A stretch of DNA of 55,896 nt, the filler included, from Basidiobolus ranarum (Eukaryota), in the NCBI GenBank assembly GCA_040143965.1. It is 2 parts of 2 records of this genome, joined end to end, with 100 filler letters (N's around TTAATTAATTAA, not from the genome) between each part and the next. Parts side by side here need not be neighbours in the genome. Positions count along the whole stretch, not along the records: positions 1 to 28,008 come from JASJQH010000118.1; 1 more part is not named here. One strand, written 5' to 3'. A program made the translations under genes and the position numbers. The notes beneath the pieces are model-generated. The model saw only the letters and a list, made by a program, of their open reading frames with translations. It was not told the DNA's origin and searched no databases. Below are positions 10,780-22,604 of the stretch, one piece after another (position 1 is the stretch's first letter; each line of letters starts with the position of its first letter).

Positions 10780-11587
10780 ATGGCACCCCCAAGAAATTGT
10801 ATTCCTTAAGAACAGTATGTTTTTATTATTATTCGTTCATTTCTACAGTGATGTATCCATATCTGCAATAGATGTGTGATCACTGCTGTTATTGTTTGAT
10901 TTGATTTCATTGTTCTAAGGAAGAGACACCTAGCATATTCTCTGGGCATGAACGAATAACTAGGTCAACCTTGCTTAAAGTCAACGGAAAGTTGGTTCGC
11001 AAAGAACCCAAACTTTACCATAAATTTTTTAACTTTTAGGCTCCAAGACCTACAAGGTCCCCAGACGTCCCTTCGAGAAGGAGCGTATGGATCAAGAGTT
11101 GAAGATCATTGGTGAATATGGACTTCGTAACAAGCGTGAAATTTGGAGAATTGGATACACTTTGTCCAACATCCGTCGTGCTGCTCGTGAGCTTCTCACC
11201 TTAGATGTCAAGGATACCCGTCGTCTTTTCGAAGGTAATGCTCTTATTCGCCGTCTTATTCGTATCGGTGTCTTGGATGAGAGCAAGGCCAAGCTCGATT
11301 ACGTACTTGGTTTGAAGGTTGAAGATTTCTTGGAGCGTCGTCTCCAAACCCAAGTCTTCAAGCTCGGTTTGGCCAAGTCTATCCATCACGCCCGTGTCCT
11401 TATCAAGCAAAGACACATCCGTGTTGGTAAGCAAGTAGTTGACATTCCATCATTCGTTGTTCGTTTGGAATCCCAAAAGCATATTGACTTCGCCTTGACC
11501 TCTCCCTATGGTGGTGGTCGCCCCGGTCGCGTCAAGAGAAAGAGAATGGCCTCTGCTGGTGGTGATGCCGAAGAGGATGAGGAATAA
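10780..11587 (+). CDS. RPS9: 40S ribosomal protein S9 (uS4); intron 10799-11039
   Basis: Spliced [43 protein letters not shown]...SIHHARVLI...[11 protein letters not shown]. Confidence 0.98.
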
Positions 11588-12051
11588 ACGTTGAACCATT
11601 GACTTTCTTCCCTTTGACAGCTACCCAGTTTGTCATTAAAATAAACAAGCACCATATCTGATCTTACTTTGAACATATAATAATATACGCTAGATATTAG
11701 CCCCTCGTAATAAACACAAGGCACATGCAACTAGTAACACTACTTAATATCCAGCCATCGGATGGATTCACGTCAAAGCTGATGGATGCTTCTCATCCAA
11801 ACCATGAATCCATCATTTTTGTATCCAAGTTCTACCTCATTGGTCAATACGGGTTAGGTGGATGTGGATTGATGAAATGATTGTTACAAACATAATACAC
11901 AATCGATTAACTATGTCTCTAAGTTACTATTTCATTGCAAAATAAACTAAGGATATTAATTCTGTTTAGTTTAATTCGTCTACATGTGACCTACATAATT
12001 TACAATTGTTTTATATGGTAAAAGGCTTCAGAACACAAGGCAGGTGACCGA

Positions 12052-13030
12052 TCATTTGCGTCTGCGCTTGGTATCTCTACCTTCACAAGCATCGTCAATC
12101 GAGGACGATTCAACGCTCTAAAAAAGAACTGGGGGGGTTAGATCCTGGGATTATGAAAGCAATAGATATGTAGACGAGCCTGACCTTGCTTCTTCTCTCC
12201 CCGCGAACTTTCTGGATCTTTTCGACTACTCGGAGTAACTCCTCTTCCAACATTTTGAGTTCATCTTTCTTGGCGATCAAGATAGCTGCAGGCTAGAGTG
12301 ATAGGGGATTCTATTTAGTCATGGTACTACAATCAATATAAAAAATTCATTTCTCACATCTTCAGGCTTTGGAAGTTCGATGGTTTTCCATTCTATATCA
12401 GGGATTTCATATCTAAACAAAAAGGAATATAAGTCATGTGTACTACAAGAGAAACGGTTTCTTTGAAAGCTTACAGTCGCTTATGCTCCATTAATCTTCG
12501 CTTAATCTCTTCCCGCGTGAGTTTTCCACCAGTATTAACGATACAATTGTTTTTTCTTTTGATACCCGGACCTTGTTTCTTAGAGTTAATCTCACCAATA
12601 ACGAATGGGTCCAAGTGTAAACCTGCAAATTCTAAAGAGGGAGGGGGAATTAATCGCTTGGTTTGTAAAACCAAAAAAAAATTGAACTTCTTAGATACCT
12701 GCTGTACTTTGTTGACCCAACATACGTTGAAGTTGTAGGTTCATTTGTGCGATGGTTTTTCCAAATAAACATTGGGATTCAATAATCTTGGCCCAATTAC
12801 CAATTCCAAACTTCATAACGGCTTTACGTAAGATGTGTACTTCTGGCTCGGTCCAACCTTAATAAATATACTTTTAGATGAAGTTTCAACTAGTATGAAA
12901 ATCAAAATAAAGTTTGAACATTGTAAATACCTGGAGAGAGGGTACAATTCCACAAACTGGCTGAATCGTTGGAACGTAACACATTACGTGCTCCTACAGG
13001 CATAGAGCGAGGTTTATAAACATCCGTCAT
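12052..13030 (-). CDS. p1 (AMTP1)-like Myb/HTH subunit of the MTA1c/AMT1 DNA 6mA methyltransferase complex (6 exons)
   Basis: Spliced: NDSASLWNCTLSPGWTEPEVHILRKAVMKFGIGNWAKIIESQCLFGKTIAQMNLQLQRMLGQQSTAEFAGLHLD...RKNNCIVNTGGKLTREE; matches ciliate p1 motifs (SLWNxTLSPGW, FGIGxW, QRxLGQQS, RKNNCIxNTG) as I recall them; C-terminal NLS-like KRRRK. Confidence 0.88.
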
Positions 13031-13504
13031 GATAAATAGGCAAAGAAAAGAAGCTTTTAGGTGGAGTGAGTAAAAGTAGTAGGAAAATAGGCAGAATCGA
13101 TGTCAGAGTTGGGTATAGGTCAGTTTCCTTAGAGATATAGAAATATAGAATATTTATTAAGTCGCGTTCATCCTGAGACTGGTGATTTTTTTCTAAGCAT
13201 GCTATCAAGCCCTTTGTTTGTTTACTGTTGGCAAGAATTACTAGAAATCAATCAATCTGTAGACTGCGGCTACCAATCAACTGTATAAATCTAAACGCGT
13301 ATTTAATCATCTTTCGCTAGCCGGGTTTGCAATAGAATCAAGAGTGATATAGAGTTTTTCTATATTTGGGAATAGTGGTTTTTTTTCTTTTGATTTGTTT
13401 CTTTCATATTCTTTATGATTAATAACGCTTTAATACTAAATAAGTAGACTAGTTACTCTTGGAAGTACTTAATTTCGTTTACTATCAACTGTACTCTTAG
13501 CAAA

Positions 13505-14957
13505 ATGGAAGACCAATTTGTAGAAGTACGTTTATTTAATATCTTTACTGTCTGAAGCAATATATCTAATCATTTTAACTTTCAACTTGCTAGCTGACTT
13601 CTTTCTTGAACGATCCTAAGGCTGAGGTACCAAGACGACTTTTTACAAAATCTTTTCTTTTGCAAAGCTAACCCACTAATTGTCTATCAGGTTCGTCAAC
13701 TAGCTGTAAAGCATGTGTTGAGTTTCACTACAAAAGACTCGGGATATCTTCCTTTATTCAAAAAATATGCAACTCAAGTTATTGGTGATTTGAAGAAACT
13801 TTGCAGAGAGCCCACGGTCAGTACCTTTTACTCTAGTCACTGTATAGATAATACTAAAAGCACCATTACTGATGAGAAACTTTCCATTACCTAGCTTATT
13901 GCTCATGATGCGCTATCTGCATTAATCAATCTTTCAGGTGACGCAGAGATTATTGAGCACCTTGACGATATGGGTTTCATTAAGCTATTGGTCTTAATCA
14001 TCATTGTAAGTGTAGTGCTCATAGTATTTGGTTTATTATAAAACTTCTAAACTGGAGTATGTATTCCTCAAGATTCCCAAATCAATTCTTGCTGACGTTG
14101 CCTGTATGCTTCTTGCCAACATCTCCAAATCCGAGTCGGTGTGTGTTAAACTTATGGAGGCCACCAGTACTCCGGTTGATTCCTTGACCAAATCTCATAG
14201 AGTAATCGATCAACTTGCCGAGGTATTTGTCAAAGGCTACGAACGTCAATACAACAGCAACGCCGAGTACCACTTTCTCGCTAGTGTGTTTGCCAACATC
14301 ACAACTGTATGTAAAATAGAGTGCTTACATTTCTGGAAGTGTACTAAAATTTACTTTATAGATTCCCCAAGGTCGTAGCTTCTTCGTTGAAAAGGCCGAA
14401 GACAATGAAGCACCTCTTACCAAAATCACTTGCTTCACCGAAGACAGCCATGTTATTCGTAGAGGAGGAGTTATCTCTACCATCAAGTATGATATTCATT
14501 GGATTTTTGTATGAAGACCTTCGAGGCTAACTTTTAATGATATAGGAATTGTTGCTTTGCCACTCAAAGCCATTCTGATCTTTTAGATGAAGACCAAATC
14601 AACATTCTTCCCTCGATTCTTCTTCCATTGTGTGGTCCCGAAGAATTCGACCTTGATGATATGGATGGCATGCCAGAAGAAGTTCAACTCTTACCTGAAA
14701 CCAAGAAAAGAGAAGCTGATCCTCATCTTCGTAGCACCCTACTCGAAGCTCTAGTGCTATTGACCACTACCCGTGAAGGACGTGAGATTCTTCGTGCTAA
14801 GAAGGTCTACCCAATTGTGCGTGAAGTCCATTTAGCTGAAGATGACGAAGAAATCCAAGGAGTTGCCGATCGAATTGTTCAAATGCTTATGCGAGATGAA
14901 TTACCTGAAGAGCCCAAGATTGTTGAAGATGAAGATGATCAAATTGTAGAGATGTAA
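13505..14957 (+). CDS. HGH1: Hgh1/FAM203 armadillo-repeat eEF2 chaperone (multi-exon)
   Basis: 'CMLLANISK', 'YHFLASVFANIT', 'IRRGGVISTIKNCCF', 'KKREADP...LLEALVLLTTTREGREILR..KVYPIVRE'. Confidence 0.93.
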
Positions 14958-15240
14958 AAATCTCGAGAATTTTTGTTAATTTAATGTACAACCTTTTAAA
15001 TTTCTTCATTTTATATCCCTTGAAATGTCTCAATAAAAATATAGATATCATATGAATTCAAGGAATATTTGGTTCATTTAGATGTGATTTTTATAGAATT
15101 CAAATCCATTTCTAAGTTTAATTAAATCTATTAGAAAATTCCGAATTCGTTTAGTATTGATAAAAAAACATTCCCAATACACATTGTCTGAGTGCTGTAC
15201 ATTAGAGTGAACAATACTGAGTCTCTTTTGAGTATACAAA

Positions 15241-16865
15241 ATGAGCTACCCACAACCAACGTACACTCATCCAATTCCTCCACCACAATACCATCAACCT
15301 CCTTATACACCGATAACAATTCCTGTAAGTAACAACCTCCTATTGAGATCATATCAACGCCTGTTTAACCAAATACTATAATTTTTCATAGACATATCAA
15401 CCACGTCCAGAATGCGCTTACCCGAATTATACATACAACTCTTCACCTTATGAACCACCATATTTACAATATTCAGAGGAACCAAAACCTCCTGGAGTAA
15501 CGAGTTTATCAGAAAGTGAAGATTTAGGTGAAGAACAATTATCAAACAAACCGTGAACCCATAAACTTTATTCTAACTCATTCCACGAAGAGTAGGAAAA
15601 ACTAGTGTTTCTTCAGCAGATCAATTATGGTTGAAAGCATGGTTGAAGTCTCAAAATATTTCTCTAAATGCTAAGGAAGAAACCAAACCAGAAGATAAAT
15701 CTCTATTAGAAACGCGAAAAAAAACCTTCAAATGTGTTCAATTGCATAACGAACTTAAGAAAAAGACAATAGAGTTAGAGGTGAGCGAGATTTCTACTGA
15801 AGAATGGGAGCATAAAAAGCAAGAAATTGAAGAGTTAAAGGTTAGCCATAGTAAAATTGCTCAATTCATCTAATTAATTAGTTGCTTACTCTTTTCTTGA
15901 AAAGTCTCAAATTAAAGAGACGTTACATTCTTTAACTAATCCAAAGGAAACAGAGAGATTGAAGCTTAAAATCGCAAAGAGACAGAGGCATAAAGTACAA
16001 TCATTTAGAATATTCATGGCTGAAATATAAGATATTATACTTATTTTTGAATATTTTAAGAACTGGCGGAAGAAGCATATCAAGAAACTTCAGACCGTAA
16101 GGGATGAACGTCAACGAAGACGGGAAACATTGCACAAGGATATTGATGAATGGAGGGCTGAATGGTTAGAGAAGGATACAATTCTAAAGGAGGTACACTA
16201 AGCAGTTAATTCGTTTGGAAAAAGAAAAGCTCAACATCTAAATCCATTCGTCTCAAAATTTAGGAAGCGGCTAGAAAATTTGAAGCTGATAGTAAAGTTG
16301 AGCAGGTCGAACTGAAGAGAAACAAACATAAGGATCTTACAGACTTACTTAAAGAAATCCAGAAACTTCGCGACCTTCGACGCGACAAAATGAAGAAAGA
16401 AGGTATTGTTATTTCTTGATGATTTCTTAAGGGTTCCGGTTATTAAATCCGTCATCTAGGACACTTCTTCTCCGATCAAGACAACCAATTCTTCAACGAA
16501 ATTAGTAAACTCGATGAAGCAATTCAACAAGAGGGAAAACAACTTGATGACATGACAACAGAGGCTAACGAAAGCAAGCGTAAAGAAGCAATAGCAGCTG
16601 GTATGAAAGAGCGTGGTACCGATTCGATTTTTGAATATTATAATCAGGCAAAGTTCGACTTGGACAGTCTGGTTCATATCAGGTACATCCTAATCTACTC
16701 TATGCACCTTCTCAGAAATCAATTAACATTGTTACTAGATGCCAATGGGACTCGTTTATTGTTCCTCGAGGGACCTATGGTGCCTCACGAATCCCACCTC
16801 GATTTGTAGACCCAGCACCCCCAGGGAATCATATTTGGGCATCATGTCTTGTCCTCAAAGAATAA
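15241..16865 (+). CDS. PDCD7: PDCD7 / U11 snRNP 59K minor-spliceosome protein (multi-exon)
   Basis: Pro-rich N-terminus, central coiled coil (LHKDIDEWR...KLRDLRR), C-terminal YYNQAKFDLDSLVHIRCQWDSFIVP..GASRIPPRFVDPAPPGNHIWAS typical of U11-59K. Confidence 0.85.
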
Positions 16866-17156
16866 AAACCCATTCAACACACCATATCCGATTTTCTATC
16901 AGTTGAATCTCGGCCAATTTCAAGAGCTGGACTTGTGCCACTCTTGCTTTTAAGCCAGATTTGGAAAGCTTCCAGCCTTATTATTCATAATTTGACTGTT
17001 TACCTAGCACAAATTTAATCATGATGCTAATTTTTATTGTTCCCGAAATTTTTACGAGAATTACGAGGATTAATAATGCCATTGAAACAGGCCCTCTTTA
17101 CGTCAAGATTATTACCAGTTACTTCTCTTGCAAGCACCTCTCTCTAGTCGTTCACC

Positions 17157-19262
17157 ATGTATAGAGGAACCCCAAAAATCCTAGCTCATTTGAGTAACAA
17201 ATCCCTCTTCTCTACCCATATTGGTCGGAGTTTGGTGACATGCACAAGTTCATTTCGTACGTTTCATTCACAAAGTAATAGTCTTCAAGCTATGCCTTTG
17301 AATGAGAATTCCCCCGAAAAAGGAAAACTTGAAAAGCAATATGATATTGTAATCCTAGGTGGTGGAATAGCGGGCTCTTCATTAGCCTGTGCTCTAGGTA
17401 TGGATTCTGATATGAAGTGGACCGAGAGGTTTTATTAAAACACAAACGCTAACTCAATGTGATACGTTTATGTAGCTGGTGCTCCAGAACTCCGTGATAA
17501 GAAAATAGCCTTGCTAGATGCCTTTGACCTTGGAAAAGTCCGTGACTGGGTCCCTCCCGAGAAAGGATTTATGAACCGTGTAGTATCCTTAACCCCCAGC
17601 TCCGTCAAGTTTCTTCGCAGTAAGGAATCTTCTTAATGACTAATACACTTGATAAGCTTTGTACAAACTAAATTATTATCGCAGAAATTGGCGCCTGGGA
17701 GAAAGTCCATGTAGAGCGCTCCATGCCCTATCAACATATGGAGGTACCACTTTGGAAACTCTACCCTGAATGAAAATATAACATTACTAACTCTGGATTA
17801 TTTGAATAGGTTTGGGATGGACTAGGTGAAGGACGAGTTCAATTCTCTACTGATATGCTTAACTTCCCCACCGAAGCCATGGCTTGGATTATTGAGAACA
17901 ATAACATCCAATCTGCCGTTCTTCAGAAACTTGAGCAGCACGAAAATGTAATTGATGTGATTGATAGCAGTAAAGTGCAAGACATCTTCCGCACCGAACC
18001 ATCAGAGTTGTCTACCGATGATCAAGTGGACGTTTCGGAATGGCCAGTTGTTAAACTAGAGAACGGCACTTTGTTGAGAACTAGGTTATTGGTAAGTTTA
18101 TAACACTCACATTTGAAATATCCTCATGATTGTTGAATTTTCTAACACAAAATAAGATCGGTGCTGATGGTGTTAACTCCCCAGTTCGCAAATTTGCTCA
18201 AATCGAGTCCTATGGTTGGGACTATGACCAGCACGGTGTTGTGGCCACCTTACAACATCATCCCGATATCGAAGAACCATCTGACATGGTGAACACCACT
18301 GCTTGGCAGAGGTTCCTTCCAACTGGACCCATCGCAATGCTCCCGGTAGGTTGACTTATATACTGACTCGACACAACACGCCAAATGAATTTACCATTGC
18401 ATACAGCTTGACTCCAACCACTCCTCATTGGTATGGTCGGTACCACCCAAACTTGCTGTCAAGCTCAAGGCATGTCCCCCAGAATTATTCTCTCAGCTTG
18501 TCAATGCAGCTTTTCGATTAGCCCCGGCTGATCTTGACTATCTTTATACTCAAATCAGCGAGGATGGACAATCCCTTTCCGACATTTCTGGAGAAATCGA
18601 GTGGAGAGAAGAGCAATCCGGACAGGTAGCTGTGCACCGTAACTTACCACCCACAGTCTTCAATGTTCAAGACAAGAGCCGTGCCTCGTTCCCCTTTAGA
18701 CTAAGAAATGCTGAAAGATATGTGGAAGATCGCTTGGCTTTGGTTGGGTAAGTCGATAGTCTTGACGTCGCAGTGTTCCGACTTTATCTAATGGAATTTT
18801 GATCATTAGTGATGCTGCACATGCTACGCATCCTCTTGCTGGCCAAGGTCTGAACTATGGTTTGGGCGACGTTGAATCGATGTCTCAAGTGATCATCAAT
18901 GCCGTAAGAAGTGGACAAGATATTGGTAGGTGGACCGTTGGTGGACCATCGATAGATGTGTATTGATGTAGATTGATTCTAGGAAACATCAATGTCCTCA
19001 CGCAATATTCCTCTGAAAGATTCTTCCCTAATGCCGCCATGCTTGGTGCAGTAGACAAGTTGAAACGACTCTTTGCCTTCAACTCTGCGCCTATTGTTTG
19101 GGCCAGATCATTCGGATTAGACAGCACCAATGCATTGGGTCCACTTAAGGTTGTTTGATTAGTGGATCTCGTTTGAATGATATTCTCATTTTACTAAGGT
19201 TTTCCTTGTAGACACAAATTATCAAGTATGCCATGGGACTGGAAACCTCCGTGAAACCCTGA
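17157..19262 (+). CDS. COQ6: Ubiquinone biosynthesis FAD monooxygenase (multi-exon)
   Basis: Mitochondrial presequence; YDIVILGGGIAG; IGADGVNSPVR; AWQRFLPTGPIAMLP; GDAAHATHPLAGQGLNYG. Confidence 0.95.
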
Positions 19263-19559
19263 ATCCACATCAATTACGAAACGCAAGTGAATGTCCACCG
19301 CTTATATTCCCATCACTCTCTATCGGTTACATTATGAGTCGAAATAAGAATACAATCTTCAAACAATGGTGGATCCGGTAATTTTGTTCTAATTTTGTCA
19401 CAATCAACAATACAATACGAACCAACAATCGTCATGGAACCAAATAAATATCGCGTAAATATCCACTAAAAAATTGGCTGAAAGTGGTGCAAGATAATAC
19501 CTGAAAGTAGAGCGATAAATTAGCTGAAATTAACTGAATGTGGACCGATGTTGGAAGTG

Positions 19560-19745
19560 AAAATAGGCGGGATCGTGTCACTCAATAGATGACTGATTGG
19601 TGAGTAAATAATAGCATATATTCATCTCATCAGTTCCGAAAGAAGCTAGTTCTATCTGAAATGATGGAATTGTGGACGACGCGTTACAATGTAAGATTAG
19701 AACGCGTGGATGAACCCGCGTTTTCGTGATCACAGCCAATTGGAT
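19560..19745 (+). promoter_or_regulatory. Cluster of G1/S-type motifs upstream of the HMG/YABBY gene
   Basis: ACGCGT (MCB) at 19679 and 19702; CCGCGT at 19716; TTTCGTG (reverse SCB, CACGAAA) at 19722; GGCGGGA at 19566; CCAAT at 19736. Confidence 0.5.
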
Positions 19746-19913
19746 GTTCAACTTAAATGGAGAGTAACATTTCGATTCTGTGAAAATTCAAGCAGCATAA
19801 TTTCAGTATAAAAAGTAATATTATTCCAGATCTTCATTAGTGATCCTCTCCTCTCTTTCATTTCATTTTCTCAAGCACCCACGCCCCCTCCCATACTAAT
19901 CTAATATACTATA

Positions 19914-20168
19914 ATGGCCAAAGAAAAGTCCACCAAAAGAACCAGTGGTAAGAAGCTCTCCCCATACAACAAGTTCATGAAAACTGAACTTCCCAAAGTA
20001 AAAGCTGAGGATCCATCCATAGCTCACAAAGACGCCTTCAAGGTGGTTGCCGGTAGATGGAAGAACGCACCTGAGAATCCTGCCAATAAGAAGGACTCAA
20101 AGGAAGTGAAGGAAGTCAAGGAAACTAAAGAGGCTAAAGAATCCAAACCTGTTGATGAAGTGAAATAA
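19914..20168 (+). CDS. Small YABBY-type HMG-box DNA-binding protein (84 aa)
   Basis: KKLSPYNKFMKTELPKVKAEDPSIAHKDAFKVVAGRWKNAPENP plus a KE-rich repetitive tail. Confidence 0.9.
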   Translation: MAKEKSTKRTSGKKLSPYNKFMKTELPKVKAEDPSIAHKDAFKVVAGRWKNAPENPANKKDSKEVKEVKETKEAKESKPVDEVK

Positions 20169-20496
20169 GCCTGAAGCCTTAATTCTTACAAACGATAATA
20201 ACTTGCTACGTTTTGTTTTTCTTGTGTATAGAACTCACTCCACTTTGATTTGATGTGTATATCAGTTGTCATTTTCTTTGATTTTTCTGTGAAACTTTAA
20301 TAAAAAGAAATCCTATAATCATTCCTTCCTTTTCGTTAATTTCCATAATCTGCATTTTATTTATGAATATTCAGCTAACACTTCAATCAATAGAATTTTC
20401 TCGATTGGGGGATGGTTAGGTTAAGTGTTGAATGGTGATTTGTGTTAGACTATATATATGTCGCCATATGTGTGATGTGACTTTTTTCTTTGTTAG

Positions 20497-21259
20497 CTAT
20501 AACCAATAAAACACCCATTGGAAGCCAATAGTTACCAACACCAGAGAGAGATGTTGCGTGCTGAAAAGTCCAAGAATAACCGCATTACTTTCAGTAGGAC
20601 TGTTTGGCTCAGCTTCTGATGATGCAGAAGCGGGTGCAGGAGAAGCGGGAGCGGGGGCTTTGCTGATTCCTTTGGTACCCGCGCTGCTGGTAGAAGATCG
20701 AGACTGAGCTGCAGATGGGTTTGTTGTTAAACCCGAGGGAGACTTGGGGTTAGTAGAGATAGCAGGGATAGCGGGAGTACTGCTAATTGTATTGGGCAAC
20801 ATGGGTGGAGATAAATCAGGCTTGCTACCACCACTAAGGACGATATTAAAAAATGGGGAATATGCAGGAAGAACAGTACCACCAGTGGCTCTTATCGAGT
20901 ATTGTCCTGTTGGAAGATTGGCGGGGATTGCCCACTCAAATCTTCCAGTCGCCGAAGGAATATTGCTTGCTATCAATCCCACTACTTGTAACGTGACTGC
21001 TGGTCCATTCATCAATGTTAGACTGATGGTAGCGGGCATGGGTGTGTTATCGCTATTATCGGTCCTAAGGTGAAAGAGTGCATTGTTAATATGAAGAGTA
21101 GGAATGAATAGAACATAGTGATCTTTACCAGGTTACTAATTGTGTAGTTCCCACATCCCACATGGCCAGAATAGGCGCAGTAAAGGCTAAAGAGGCTTCA
21201 ACTAATATTTGTTTGAAGAAAAAGACCGAAATAAAAGCCACTTTAGTAATGTAGACCAT
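20497..21259 (-). CDS. Ser/Thr/Pro-rich GPI-anchored cell-surface protein with Kre9/Knh1-like N-terminal beta domain (1 intron)
   Basis: Signal peptide MVYITKVAFISVFFF; 'VTW...ISLTLMNGP...GRFEWAIPANLPTGQYSIR...YSPFFNI'; S/T/P/A stalk; hydrophobic C-terminus after SNA. Confidence 0.85.
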
Positions 21260-21985
21260 GATGATTTAGGAAGTGGTAGTGGGTTATTCAGAACCTTTTC
21301 ACGCTTTAAATAGAAGTCAAGTGTGAGTTTCGATATGATACACTCAATGATAGGATGAACTCTCAACCCATCTGACCGAGACATTGATATTGATTCCTTG
21401 GACTGTTTCGACTCTTTGCAGTAGAATGGTCATAATAGCTATAGCTAGAGGAGGCAAATGTTGCATTCATCTAACTTTGGATACATCCATACACCCGTGC
21501 ACCCATACATCAGTATAACAAGCCTTAATGAATTGATGGGTCATTAAGCTACGATTATTATTATTTCTATGATTGCTATTTTTACGGAACGTCTGTTAAA
21601 CGAATTAAGCGATTTCAATGATCATTTTGGTGGTTTGGTGTGATGTGGTTGATTTTTCTCTGTTGAAGAGTAGATTTGTAGTTCAACATTATCTGGTCCA
21701 AAGAAATAAAGTGTCTGCTGCAAATGTCGTCATCCATGTTTGTTGACATCCAAGTTGTACACCCAACAATAGATTAAATGTATATGGTACGCACTTGTTA
21801 GTGGGAATCTAGCTTACTTTTAATTCCAGAGATATTGTTGGTATCACCCTACGCAAGTGTCACGTTTTTGATTGATTTCAAGAGAAATGATTTATATGGG
21901 CCGATAGTAACTGCAAATTGAACTACCCTGCTCAGATACCAACACTCTAGTTACAGCTTCTTGATAATTTCTTCCACAGTTAAAC

Positions 21986-22469
21986 ATGCTCCCTGCAAAG
22001 CAAAACAAAGTCGATTTGAGTGTGAGTGCTTTTACCAAATCTTCTATTTCCATGAGTAGATTATTCCTAATGCTTTTGTCAACTCAATTTTTTTTAGAAA
22101 CTTAGTGAAGAAGAAAAGAAGATCTTTAAAATGTACGGTCGTTTACCAAGTGGTAAAGATCTCGTAAATCGCAAACTTAAGGTATGTTAAACTATCAGAA
22201 AGCATCATCTGGTATTTGTATGACTTAATGATGATTATTAGGATCGTAAATATTTTGACTCTGGAGATTACGCAATGCAAAAGGCCGGTAAAACTTCAGC
22301 CACTGAAGTAGGTTTGATTCATCCAAGTCCCGATACAATTCCTCATCCACAAAGTCCATCTGTCGTTCCAATCACCACCACAACGCAAAGCCATTCACCT
22401 AAAGAGAGTCTATCACAACTAGCTAAAGATAGTAGAGATGACATTCCTGCTGAATTTGAATCAGTATGA
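21986..22469 (+). CDS. IGO1: Endosulfine/ARPP19 (Igo1-like) PP2A-B55 inhibitor (3 exons)
   Basis: KMYGRLPS...DRKYFDSGDYAMQKAG, the Greatwall/Rim15 phosphorylation motif. Confidence 0.93.
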
Positions 22470-22581
22470 GCGGACGAGAGGTTACTTTAGTATTAATCAA
22501 ATGAATACCAGCAATAACCAATTCAAGTTATATTATTTATAAATTGAAACCTCCTGTTTTTACTTATACATATATAATACG

Positions 22582-22604
22582 CACACACACACACACACAC
22601 ACAC
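22582..22604. repeat. (CA)n microsatellite
   Basis: CACACA... run. Confidence 0.9.

Noticed and set aside
10845-10960. Box C/D or H/ACA snoRNA in the RPS9 intron
   Set aside because: No CTGA box D or convincing H/ACA boxes found; reported only as a structured intron.
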